This document shows, one piece after another, positions 1 to 13,134 of a DNA stretch of 64,000 bases. The position numbers and the translations under genes were made by a program. The notes beneath the pieces were generated by a model, which was given only the letters and a program-made list of their open reading frames with translations, made no database searches and had not been told where the DNA came from. The stretch comes from Eledone cirrhosa (Eukaryota), in NCBI GenBank assembly GCA_964016885.1, contig OZ024743.1, positions 375,100,001 to 375,164,000 on the forward strand. Direction: 5' to 3'. The stretch's first letter is position 1, and every line of letters starts with the position of its first letter.

Positions 1-3000
1 AGTGGTGAAAGAGTGACAGTGGCAGGTATAGAGAGTGTGACAGTGGGGAGAGTGACAGTAACAGAGACAGACAGAGAGAAAGGAAGTGGTGAAAGAGTGA
101 CAGTGGCAGGTATAGAGAGTGTGACAGTGGGGAGAGTGACAGTAACAGAGACAGACAGTGAGAGAAGGAGTGGTGAAAGAATGACAGTGGCAGGTATAGA
201 GAGTGTGACAGTGGGGAGAGTGACAGTAACAGAGACAGACAGAGAGGGAAGGAGTGGTGAAAGAGTGACAGTGGCAGGTATAGAGAGTGTGACAGTGGGG
301 AGAGTGACAGTAACAGAGACAGACAGAGAGGGAAGGAGTGGTGAAAGAGTGACAGTGGCAGGTATAGAGAGTGTGACAGTGGGGAGAGTGACAGTAACAG
401 AGACAGACAGAGAGGGAAGGAGTGGTGAAAGAGTGACAGTGGCAGGTATAGAGAGTGTGACAGTGGGGAGAGTGACAGTAACAGAGACAGACAGAGAGGG
501 AAGGAGTGGTGAAAGAGTGACAGTGGCAGGTATAGAGAGTGTGACAGTGGGGAGAGTGACAGTAACAGAGACAGACAGAGAGGGAAGGAGTGGTGAAAGA
601 GTGACAGTGGCAGGTATAGAGAGTGTGACAGTGGGGAGAGTGACAGTAACAGAGACAGACAGAGAGAGAAGGAGTGGTGAAAGAGTGACAGTGGCAGGTA
701 TAGAGAGTGTGACAGTGGGGAGAGTGACAGTAACAGAGACAGGCAGAGAGAGAGGAAGTGGTGAAAGAGTGACAGTGGCAGGTATAGAGAGAGTGACACA
801 GGGGAGAGTGACAGTAACAGAGACAGGCAGAGAGAGAGGAGGTGGTGAAAGAGTGACAGTTGCAGGTATAGAGAGAGTGACACAGGGGAGAGTGACAGTG
901 ACAGAGACAGACAGAGAAGGAAGGAGTGGTGAAAGAGTGACACTGGCAGGTATAGAAGTGTGACAGTGGCGAGAGTGACAGTAACAGAAACAGACAGAGA
1001 GGGAAGGAGTGGTGAAAGAGTGACAGTGGCAGGTATAGAGAGTGTGACAGTGGGGAGAGTGACAGTAACAGAGACAGACAGAGAAGGAAGGAGTGGTGAA
1101 AGAGTGACAGTGGCAGGTATAGAGAGTGTGACAGTGGGGAGAGTGACAGTAACAGAGACAGGCAGAGAGAGAGGAAGTGGTGAAAGAGTGACAGTGGCAG
1201 GTATAGAGAGTGTGACAGTGTGGAGAGTGACAGTAACAGAGACAGGCAGAGAGAGAGGAAGTGGTGAAAGAGTGACAGTGGCAGGTATAGAGAGAGTGAC
1301 ACAGGGGAGAGTGACAGTAACAGAGACAGGCAGAGAGAGAGGAAGTGGTGAAAGAGTGACAGTGGCAGGTATAGAGAGAGTGACACAGGGGAGAGTGACA
1401 GTGACAGAGACAGACAGAGAAGGAAGGAGTGGTGAAAGAGTGACACTGGCAGGTATAGAGAGTGTGACAGTGGCGAGAGTGACAGTAACAGAGACAGACA
1501 GAGAGAGAGGGAGTGGTAAAAGAGTGACAGTGGCAGGTATAGAGAGTGTGACAGTGGGGAGATTGACAGTAACAAAGACAGACAGAGAGAGAAGGAGTGG
1601 TGAAAGAGTGACAGTGGCAGGTATAGAGAGTGTGACAGTGGGGAGAGTGACAGTAACAGAGATAGACAGAGAGGGAAGGAGTGGTGAAAGAGTGACTGTG
1701 GCAGGTATAGAGAGTGTGACAGTGGGGAGATTGACAGTAACAAAGACAGACAGAGAGAGAAGGAGTGGTGAAAGAGTGACAGTGGGAGGTATAGAGAGTG
1801 TGACAGTGGTGAGAGTGACAGTAACAGAGACAGGCAGAGAGGGAAGGAGTGTTGAAAGAATGACAGTGGCAGGTATAGAGAGCGTGACAGTGGGGAGAGT
1901 GACAGTAACAGAGACAGACAGAGAGGGAAGTAGTGTTGAAAGAGTGACAGTGGCAGGTATAGAGAGTGTGACAGTGGGGAGAGTGACAGTAACAGAGACA
2001 GACAGAGAGGGAAGGAGTGGTGAAAGAGTGACAGTGGCAGGTATAGAGAGTGCAACAGTGGGGAGAGTGACAGTAACAGAGACATGCAGAGAGGGAAGGA
2101 GTGTTGAAAGAGTAACAGTGGCAGGTATAGAGAGTTTGACAGTAACAGAGACAGACAGAGTGGGAAGTAGTGTTGAAAGAGTGACAGTGGCATGTATAGA
2201 GAGTGTGACAGTGGGGAGATTGACAGTAACAAAGACAGACAGAGAGAGAAGGAGTGTTGAAAGAGTGACAGTGGCAGGTATAGAGAGTGTGACAGTGGGG
2301 AGAGTGACAGTAACAGAGACAGACAGAGAGGGAAGGAGTGGTGAAAGAGTGACTGTGGCAGGTATAGAGAGTGTGACAGTGGGGAGATTGACAGTAACAA
2401 AGACAGACAGAGAGAGAAGGAGTGGTGAAAGAGTGACAGTGGCAGGTATAGAGAGTGTGACAGTGGTGAGAGTGACAGTAACAGAGACAGACAGAGAGGG
2501 AGGGAGTGGTGAAAGAGTGACAGTGGCAGGTATAGAGAGTGTGACAGTGGGGAGAGTGACAGTAACAGAGACGGGCAGAGAGGGAAGGAGTGTTGAAAGA
2601 ATGACAGTGGCAGGTATAGAGAGCGTGACAGTGGGGAGAGTGACAGTAACAGAGACAGACAGAGAGGGAAGTAGTGTTGAAAGAGTGACAGTGGCAGGTA
2701 TAGAGAGAGTGACAGTGGGGAGAGTGACAGTAACAGAGACAGACAGAGAGGGAAGGGGTGTTGAAAGAATGACAGTGGCAGATATAGAGAGTGTGACAGT
2801 GGGGAGAGTGACAGTAACAGAGACAGACAGAGAGGGAAGGAGTGGTGAAAGAGTGACAGTGGCAGGTATAGAGAGCGTGACAGTGGGGAGAGTGACAGTA
2901 ACAGAGACAGACAGAGAGGGAAGTAGTGTTGAAAGAGTGACAGTGGCAGGTATAGAGAGTGTGACAGTGGGGAGAGTGACAGTAACAGAGACAGACAGAG

Positions 3001-3749
3001 AGGGAAGGAGTGGTGAAAGAGTGACAGTGGCAGGTATAGAGTGTGACAGTGGGGAGAGTGACAGTAACAGAGACAGACAGAGAGGGAAGGAGTGGTGAAA
3101 GAGTGACAGTGGCATGTATAGAGAGTGCAACAGTGGGGAGAGTGACAGTAACAGAGACAGACAGAGAGGTAAGGAGTGTTGAAAGAGTGACAGTGGCAGG
3201 TATAGAGATAGTGACAATGCCGAGAGTGGCAGTAACAGAGACAGACAGCGAGGGAAGGAGTGGTGGAAGAGTGAGACTTGCAGGTATAGAGAGTGTGACA
3301 GTGGGGAGAGTGACAGTAACAGAGACAGACAGAGAGGGAAAGAGTGGTGAAAGAGTGACAGTGGCAGGTATAGAGAGTGTGACAGTGGGGAGAGTGACAG
3401 TAACAGAGACAGACAGAGAGGGAAGGGGTGGTGAAAGAGTGACAGTGGGGAGAGTGATAGTAACAGAGACAGACAGAGAGGGAAGGAGTGGTGAAAGAGT
3501 GACACTTGCAGGTATAGAGAGTGTGACAGTGGGGAGAGTGACAGTAACAGAGACAGACAGAGAGGGAAAGAGTGGTGAAAGAGTGACAGTGGAAGGTATA
3601 GAGAGAGTGACACAGGGGAGAGTGACAGTAACAGAGACAGACAGAGAGAGAGGGAGTGGTGAAAGAGTGACAGTGGCAGGTATAGAGAGTGTGACAGTGG
3701 GGAGAGTGACAGTAACAGAGACAGACAGAGAGAGAGAGAGAGTGGTGAA

Positions 3750-6700
3750 AGAGTGACAGTGGCAGGTATAGAAATTGTGATAGTGAGGAGAGTGATAGTA
3801 ACAGAGACAGACAGCGAGGGAAGGAGTGGTGGAAGAGTGACACTTGCAGGTATAGAGAGTGTGACAGTGGGGAGAGTGACAGTAACAGAGACAGACAGAG
3901 AGGGAAAGAGTGGTGAAAGAGTGACAGTGGCAGGTATAGAGAGTGGGACAGTGGGGACAGTGACAGTAACAGAGACAGACAGAGAGAGAGGGGGTGGTGA
4001 AAGAGTGACAGTGTCAGGTTTAGAGAGTGTGACACTGGGGAGAGTGACAGTAACAGAAACAGACAGAGAGGGAAGGAGTGTTGTAAGAGTGACAGTGGCA
4101 GATATAGAGAGTGTGACAGTAACAGAGACAGACAGAGAGGGAAGTAGTGTTGAAAGAGTGACAGTGGCAGGTATAGAGAGTGTGACAGTGGGGAGTGTGT
4201 CAGTAACAGAGACAGACAGAGAGGGAAGGGGTGTTTAAATAGTGACAGTGGCAGGTATGGAGAGTGTGACAGTGGGGAGAGTGACAGTAACAGAGACAGA
4301 CAGAGGGGGAAGGAGTGGTGAAAGAGTGACAGTGGCAGGTATAGAGAGTGCAACAGTGGGGAGAGTGACAGTAACAGAGACAGGCAGAGAGGGAAGGAGT
4401 GTTCAAAGAGTGAGAGTGGCAGGTATAGAGAGTGTGACAGTGGGGAGAGTGACAGTAACAGAGACAGACAGAGAGAGAGGGAGTGGTGAAAGAGTGAGAG
4501 TGGCAGATATAGAGAGTGTGACAGTGGGGAGAGTGACAGTAACAGAGACAGGCAGAGAGAGAGGAAGTGGTGAAAGAGTGACAGTGGCCGGTATAGAGAG
4601 AGTGACACAGGGGAGAGTGACAGTAACAGAGACAGACAGAGAGAGAGGGAGTGGTGAAAGAGTGACAGTGGCAGGTATAGAGAATGAGACACTGGGGAGA
4701 GTGACAGTAACAGAAACAGACAGAGAGGGAATGAGTGATGAAAGAGTGACACTGGCAGGTATAGAGAGTATGACAGTGGGTAGAGTGACAGTAACAGAGA
4801 CAGACAGAGAGGGAAGGAGTGCTGAAAGCGTGACAGTGGCAGGTATAGAGAGTGTGACAGTGGGGAGAGTGACAGTAACAAAGACAGACAGAGAGAGATG
4901 AAGTGGTGAAAGAGTGACAGTGGAAGGTTAAGAGAGTGTGACAGTGGGGAGAGTGACAGTAACAGAGACAGACAGAGAGGGACGGAGTGTTGAAAGAGTG
5001 ACAGTGGCAGGTATAGAGAGTGTGACAGTGGGGAGAGTGACAGTAACAGAGACACACAGAGAGGGAAGGAGTGTTGAAAGAGTGACAGTGGCAGGTATAG
5101 AGTGTGTGACAGTGGGGAGAGTGACAGTAACAGAGACAGACAGAGAGGGAAGGAGTGTTGAAAGAGTGACAGTGGCAGATATAGAGAGTGTGACAGTAAC
5201 AGAGACAGACAGAGAGGGAAGTAGTGTTGAAAGAGTGACAGTGGCAGGTATAGAGAGTGTGACAGTGGGGAGAGTGACAGTAACAGAGACAGGAAGAGAG
5301 AGAGGAAGTGGTGAAAGAGTGACAGTGGCAGGTTAAGAGAGTGTGACAGTGGGGAGAGTGACAGTAACAGAGACAGACCGAGATGAAATGAGTGGTGAAA
5401 GAGTGACACTTGCAGGTATAGAGAGTGTGACAGTGGGGAGAGTGACAGTAACAGAGACAGACAGAGAGGGAAGGAGTGGTGAAAGAGTGACAGTGGCAGG
5501 TATAGAGAGTGTGACAGTGGGGACAGTGACAGTAACAGAGACAGACAGAGAGGGAAGGAGTGTTGAAAGAGTGACAGTGACAGGTATAGTGAGTGTGACT
5601 GTGGCGAGAGTGACAGTAACAGAGACAGACAGAGATAGAGGAAGTGGTGAAAGAGTGACAGTGGCAGGTATAGAGAGTGTGACAGTGGGGAGAGTGACAG
5701 TAACAGAGACAGACAGAGAGAGAGGAAGTGGTGAAAGAGTGACAGTGGCAGGTATAGAGAGTGTGACAGTGGGGAGAGTGACAGTAACAGAGACAGACAG
5801 AGAGGGAAGGAGTGTTGAAAGAGTGACAGTGACAGGTATAGTGAGTGTGACTGTGGCGAGAGTGACAGTAACAGAGACAGACAGAGATAGAGGAAGTGGT
5901 GAAAGAGTGACAGTGGCAGGTATAGAGAGTGTGACAGTGGGGAGAGTGACAGTAACAGAGACAGACAGAGAGAGAGGAAGTGGTGAAAGAGTGACAGTGG
6001 CAGGTATAGAGAGTGTGACAGTGGGGAGAGTGACAGTAACAGAGACAGACAGAGAGGGAAGGGTGGTGAAAGAGTGACAGTGGGGAGAGTGATAGTAACA
6101 GAGACAGACAGAGAGGGAAGGAGTGGTGAAAGAGTGACACTTGCAGGTATAGAGAGTGTGACAGTGGGGAGAGTGACAGTAACAGAGACAGACAGAGAGG
6201 GAAAGAGTGGTGAAAGAGTGACAGTGGAAGGTATAGAGAGTGTGACAGTGGGGAGAGTGACATTAACAGAGACAGGCAGAGAGAGAGGAAGTGGTGAAAG
6301 AGTGACAGTGGCCGGTATAGAGAGAGTGACACAGGGGAGAGTGACAGTAACAGGGACAGACAGAGAGAGAGGGAGTGGTGAAAGAGTGACAGTGGCAGGT
6401 ATAGAGAGTGTGACAGTGGGGAGAGTGACAGTAACAGAGACAGACAGAGAGAGAGAGGGAGTGGTGAAAGAGTGACAGTGGCAGGTATAGAGAGTGTGAC
6501 AGTGGGTAGAGTGTCAGTAACAGAGACAGACAGAGAGGGAAGGAGTGGTGAAAGCGTGACAGTGGCAGGTATAGAGAGTGTGACAGTGGGGAGAGTGACA
6601 GTAACAGAGACAGGCAGAGAGAGAGGAAGTGGTGAAAGAGTGACACTGGCAGGTATAGAAATTGTGATAGTGAGGAGAGTGATAGTAACAGAGACAGACA

Positions 6701-8990
6701 GCGAGGGAAGGAGTGGTGGAAGAGTGACACTTGCAGGTATAGAGAGTGTGACAGTGGGGAGAGTGACAGTAACAGAGACAGACAGAGAGGGAAAGAGTGG
6801 TGAAAGAGTGACAGTGGCAGGTATAGAGAGTGGGACAGTGGGGACAGTGACAGTAACAGAGACAGACAGAGAGAGAGGGGGTGGTGAAAGAGTGACAGTG
6901 GCAGGTTTAGAGAGTGTGACACTGGGGAGAGTGACAGTAACAGAAACAGACAGAGAGGGAAGGAGTGTTGTAAGAGTGACAGTGGCAGATATAGAGAGTG
7001 TGACAGTAACAGAGACAGACAGAGAGGGAAGTAGTGTTGAAAGAGTGACAGTGGCAGGTATAGAGAGTGTGACAGTGGGGAGTGTGTCAGTTACAGAGAC
7101 AGACAGAGAGGGAAGGGGTGTTTAAATAGTGACAGTGGCAGGTATGGAGAGTGTGACAGTGGGGAGAGTGACAGTAACAGAGACAGACAGAGGGGGAAGG
7201 AGTGGTGAAAGAGTGAGAGTGGCAGGTATAGAGAGTGCAACAGTGGGGAGAGTGACAGTAACAGAGACAGGCAGAGAGGGAAGGAGTGTTCAAAGAGTGA
7301 GAGTGGCAGGTATAGAGAGTGTGACAGTGGGGAGAGTGACAGTAACAGAGACAGACAGAGAGAGAGGGAGTGGTGAAAGAGTGAGAGTGGCAGATATAGA
7401 GAGTGTGACAGTGGGGAGAGTGACAGTAACAGAGACAGGCAGAGAGAGAGGAAGTGGTGAAAGAGTGACAGTGGCCGGTATAGAGAGAGTGACACAGGGG
7501 AGAGTGACAGTAACAGAGACAGACAGAGAGAGAGGGAGTGGTGAAAGAGTGACAGTGGCAGGTATAGAGAGTGAGACACTGGGGAGAGTGACAGTAACAG
7601 AAACAGACAGAGAGGGAATGAGTGATGAAAGAGTGACACTGGCAGGTATAGAGAGTATGACAGTGGGTAGAGTGACAGTAACAGAGACAGACAGAGAGGG
7701 AAGGAGTGCTGAAAGCGTGACAGTGGCAGGTATAGAGAGTGTGACAGTGGGGAGAGTGACAGTAACAGAGACAGGCAGAGAGAGATGAAGTGGTGAAAGA
7801 GTGACAGTGGAAGGTTAAGAGAGTGTGACAGTGGGGAGAGTGACAGTAACAGAGACAGACAGAGAGGGACGGAGTGTTGAAAGAGTGACACTGGCAGGTA
7901 TAGAGAGTGTGACAGTGGGGAGAGTGACAGTAACAGAGACAGACAGAGAGGGAAGGAGTGTTGAAAGAGTGACAGTGGCAGGTATAGAGTGTGTGACAGT
8001 GGGGAAAGTGACAGTAACAGAGACAGACAGAGAGGGAAGGAGTGTTGAAAGAGTGACAGTGGCAGATATAGAGAGTGTGACAGTAACAGAGACAGACAGA
8101 GAGGGAAGTAGTGTTGAAAGAGTGACAGTGGCAGGTATAGAGAGTGTGACAGTGGGGAGAGTGACAGTAACAGAGACACACAGAGAGGGAAGGAGTGTGG
8201 AAAGAGTGACAGTGGCAGGTATAGAGAGTGTAACAGTGGGGAGAGTGACAGTAACAGAGACAGACAGAGAGGGAAGGAGTGTTGAAAGAGTGACAGTGGC
8301 AGGTATAGAGTGTGTGACAGTGGGGAGAGTGACAGTAACAGAGACAGACAGAGAGGGAAGGAGTGTTGAAAGAGTGACAGTGGCAGATATAGAGAGTGTG
8401 ACAGTAACAGAGACAGACAGAGAGGGAAGTAGTGTTGAAAGAGTGACAGTGGCAGGTATAGAGAGTGTGACAGTGGGGAGAGTGACAGTAACAGAGACAG
8501 GAAGAGAGAGAGGAAGTGGTGAAAGAGTGACAGTGGCAGGTTAAGAGAGTGTGACAGTGGGGAGAGTGACAGTAACAGAGACAGACCGAGATGAAATGAG
8601 TGGTGAAAGAGTGACACTTGCAGGTATAGAGAGTGTGACAGTGGGGAGAGTGACAGTAACAGAGACAGACAGAGAGGGAAGGAGTGGTGAAAGAGTGACA
8701 GTGGCAGGTATAGAGAGTGTGACAGTGGGGACAGTGACAGTAACAGAGACAGACAGAGAGGGAAGGAGTGTTGAAAGAGTGACAGTGACAGGTATAGTGA
8801 GTGTGACTGTGGCGAGAGTGACAGTAACAGAGACAGACAGAGATAGAGGAAGTGGTGAAAGAGTGACAGTGGCAGGTATAGAGAGTGTGACAGTGGGGAG
8901 AGTGACAGTAACAGAGACAGACAGAGAGAGAGGAAGTGGTGAAAGAGTGACAGTGGCAGGTATAGAGAGTGTGACAGTGGGGAGAGTGAC
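3750..8990. repeat. About 2.9-3.2 kb higher-order duplication inside the 84-bp array
   Basis: Variant strings recur at +2887 (ORFs 4242/7129; marker GGGGTGTTTAAATAGTGACAGTGGCAGGTATGG) and at +3208 (5343/8551; marker GACCGAGATGAAATGAG). Boundaries are approximate. Confidence 0.85.
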
Positions 8991-11900
8991 AGTAACAGAG
9001 ACAGACAGAGAGGGAAGGAGTGATGAAAGAGTGACAGTGGCAGGTATAGACAGTGTGACAGTGGGGAGAGTGACAGTAACAGAGACAGACAGAGAGGGAA
9101 GGAGTGGTGAAAAGGTGACACTGGCAGGTATAGAGAGTGTGACAGTGGCGAGAGTGACAGTAACATAGACAGATAGAGAGGAAATGGTGAAAGAGTGACA
9201 GTGGCAGCTATAGAGAGAGTGACACAGGGGAGAATGACAGTAACCGAGACAGACAGAGAGGGAAGGATTGTTGAAAGAGTGACAGTGGCAGGTATAGAGA
9301 GTGTGACAGTGGGGAGAGTGACAGTAACAGAGACACACAGAGAGGGAAGGTGTGTGGAAAGAGTGACAGTGGCAGGTATAGAGAGTGTGACAGTGGGGAG
9401 AGTGACAGTAACAGAGACAGACAGAGAGGGAAGGAGTGTTGAAAGAGTGAGAGTGGCAGGTATAGAGTGTGTGACAGTGGGGAGAGTGACAGTAACAGAG
9501 ACAGATAGAGAAGGAAGGAGTGTTGAAAGAGTGACAGTGGCAGATATAGAGAGTGTGACAGTAACAGAGACAGACAGAGAGGGAAGTAGTGTTGAAAGAG
9601 TGACAGTGGCAGGTATAGAGAGTGTGACTGTGGGGAGAGTGACAGTAACAGAGACAGGAAGAGAGAGAGGAAGTGGTGAAAGAGTGACAGTGGCAGGTTA
9701 AGAGAGTGTGACAGTGGGGAGAGTGACAGTAACAGAGACAGACAGAGAGGGAAGGAGTGGTGAAAGAGTGACAGTGGCAGGTATAGAGAGTGTGACAGTG
9801 GGGAGAGTGACAGTAACAGATCAGACGGAGAGGGAAGGAGTGGTGAAAGAGTGACAGTGGCAGGTATAGAGAGTGTGACAGTGGGGAGATTGACAGTAAC
9901 AGAGACAGACAGAGAGGGAAGGAGTGGTGAAAGAGTGACAGTGGCAGGTATAGAGAGTGTGACAGCGGGGAGAGGGACAGTAACAGAGACAGGCAGAGAG
10001 GGAAGTAGTGTTGAAAGAGTGACAGTGGCAGGTATAGAGAGTGTGACAGTGGGGAGAGTGTCAGTAACAGAAACAGACAGAGAGGGAAGGGGTGTTTAAA
10101 TAGTGACAGTGGCAGGTATAGAGAGTGTGACAATGGGGAGAGTGACAGTAACAGAGACAGACAGAGAGGGAAGGAGTGGTGAAAGAGTGACACTGGCAGG
10201 TATAGAGAGTGTGACAGTGGGGAGAGTGACAGTAACAGAGACAGACAGAGAGGGAAGGAGTGGTGAAAGAGTGACACTGGCAGGTATAGAGAGTGTGACA
10301 GTGGCGAGAGTGACAGTAACATAGACAGACAGATAGAGAGGAAGTGGTGAAAGAGTGACAGTGGCAGGTATTGAGAGAGTGACACAGGGTAGAGTGACAG
10401 TAACCGAGACAGACAGAGAGAGAGGAAGTGGTGAAAGAGTGACAGTGGCAGGTATAGAAAGTGTGATAGTGGGGAGAGTGACAGTAACAGAGACAGACAG
10501 AGAGAGAGGGAGTGGTGAAAGAGTTACAGTGGCAGGTTTAGAGAGTGTGACACCGGGGAGAGTGACAGTAACAGAAACAGACAGAGAGGGAAGGAGTGAT
10601 GAAAGAGTGACAGTGGCAGGTATAGAGAGTGTGACAGTGGGGAGAGTGACAGTAACAGAGACAGACAGAGAGGGAAGGAGTGTTGAAAGAATGACAGTGG
10701 CAGGTATAGAAAGTGTGACAGTAACAGAGACAGACAGAGAGGGAAGTAGTGTTGAAAGAGTGACAGTGGCAGGTATAGAGAGTGTGACAGTGGGGAGAGT
10801 GACAGTAACAGAGACAGACAGAGAGGGAAGGAGTGGTGAAAGAGTGACAGTGGCAGGTATAGAGAGTGCAACAGTGGGGAGAGTGACAGTAACAGAGACA
10901 TGCAGAGAGAGAAGGAGTGGTGAAAGAGTGACAGTGGCATGTATAGAGAGTGTGACAGTGGGGAGAGTGACAGTAACGGAGATAGACAGAGAGGGAAGGA
11001 GTGGTGAAAGAGTGACTGTGGCAGGTATAGAGAGTGTGACAGTGGGGAGATTGACAGTAACAAAGACAGACAGAGAGAGAAGGAGTGGTGAAAGAGTGAC
11101 AGTGGCAGGTATAGAGAGTGTGACAGTGGTGAGAGTGACAGTAACAGAGACAGACAGAGAGGCAGGGAGTGGTGAAAGAGTGACAGTGGCAGGTATAGAG
11201 AGTGTGACAGTGGGGAGAGTGACAGTAACAGAGACGGGCAGAGAGGGAAGGAGTGTTGAAAGAATGACAGTGGCAGGTATAGAGAGCGTGACAGTGGGGA
11301 GAGTGACAGTAACAGAGACAGACAGAGAGGGAAGTAGTGTTGAAAGAGTGACAGTGGCAGGTATAGAGAGAGTGACAGTGGGGAGAGTGACAGTAACAGA
11401 GACAGACAGAGAGGGAAAGAGTGTTGAAAGAATGACAGTGGCAGGTATAGAGAGTGTGACAGTAACAGAGACAGACAGAGAGGGAAGTAGTGTTGAAAGA
11501 GTGACAGTGGCAGGTATAGAGAGTGTGACACTGGGGAGAGTGACAGTAACAGAGACAGACAGAGAGGGAAGGAGTGGTGAAAGAGTGACAGTGGCAGGTA
11601 TAGAGAGTGCAACAGTGGGGAGAGTGACAGTAAGAGAGACAGACAGAGAGGTAAGGAGTGTTGAAAGAGTGACAGTGGCAGGTATAGAGAGTGTGACAGT
11701 GGGGAGGGTGTCAGTAACAGAGACAGTCAGAGAGACAGGAAGTGGTGAAAGAGTGATAGTGGCAGGTATAGAGATAGTGACAGTGCCGAGAGTGGCAGTA
11801 ACAGAGACAGACAGAGAGGGAAGGGTGTGGTGAAAGAGTGACAGTGGCAGGTATAGAGAGTGTGACAGTGGCGAGAGTGACAGTTATAGAGACAGACAGA

Positions 11901-13134
11901 GAGGGAATGGTGTGGTGAAAGAGTGACAGTGGCAGGTATAGAGAGTGTGACAGTGTGGAGAGTGACAGTAACAGAGACAGACAGAGAGGGAAGGCGTGGT
12001 GAAAGAGTGACACTGGCAGGTTTAGAGAATGTGACAGTGGCGAGAGTGATAGTAACAGAGACAGACAGAAAGGGAAGGGAGTGGTGAAAGAGTGACAGTG
12101 GCAGGTATAGAGAGTGTGACAGTGGGGAGAGTGACAGTAACAGAGACAGACAGAGAGGGAAGGGGTGGTGAAAGAGTGACAGTGGGGAGAGTGATAGTAA
12201 CAGAGACAGACAGAGAGGGAAGGAGTGGTGAAAGAGTGACACTTGCAGGTATAGAGAGTGTGACAGTGGGGAGAGTGACAGTAACAGAGACAGACAGAGA
12301 GGGAAAGAGTGGTGAAAGAGTGACAGTGGAAGGTGTAGAGAGTGTGACAGTGGGGAGAGTGACATTAACAGAGACAGGCAGAGAGAGAGGAAGTGGTGAA
12401 AGAGTGACAGTGGACGGTATAGAGAGAGTGACCAGGGGAGAGTGACAGTAACAGAGACAGACAGAGAGAGAGGGAGTGGTGAAAGAGTGACAGTGGCAGG
12501 TATAGAGAGTGTGACAGTGGGGAGAGTGACAGTAACAGAGACAGACAGAAAGAGAGAGGGAGTGGTGAAAGAGTGACAGTGGCAGGTATAGAGAGTGTGA
12601 CAGTGGGTAGAGTGACAGTAACAGAGACAGACAGAGAGGGAAGGAGTGGTGAAAGCGTGACAGTGGCAGGTATAGAGAGTTTGACAGTGGGGAGAGTGAC
12701 AGTAACAGAGACAGACAGAGAGAGAGGAAGTGGTGAAAGAGTGACAGTGGCAGGTATAGAGAGTGGGACAGTGGGGACAGTGACAGTAACAGAGACAGAC
12801 AGAGAGAGAGGGGGTGGTGAAAGAGTGACAGTGGCAGGTTTAGAGAGTGTGACACCGGGGAGAGTGACAGTAACAGAAACAGACAGAGAGGGAAGGAGTG
12901 ATGAAAGAGTGACAGTGTCAGGTATAGAGAGTGTGACAGTGGGGAGAGTGACAGTAACAGAGACAGGCAGAGAGGGAAGGAGTGGTGAAAGAGTGACAGT
13001 GGCAGGTATATAGAGTGTGACAGTGGGGAGATTGACAGTAACAAAGACAGACAGAGAGGGGAGGAGTGTTGAAAGAGTGACAGTGGCAGATATAGAGAGT
13101 GTGACAGTAACAGAGACAGACAGAGAGGGAAGGA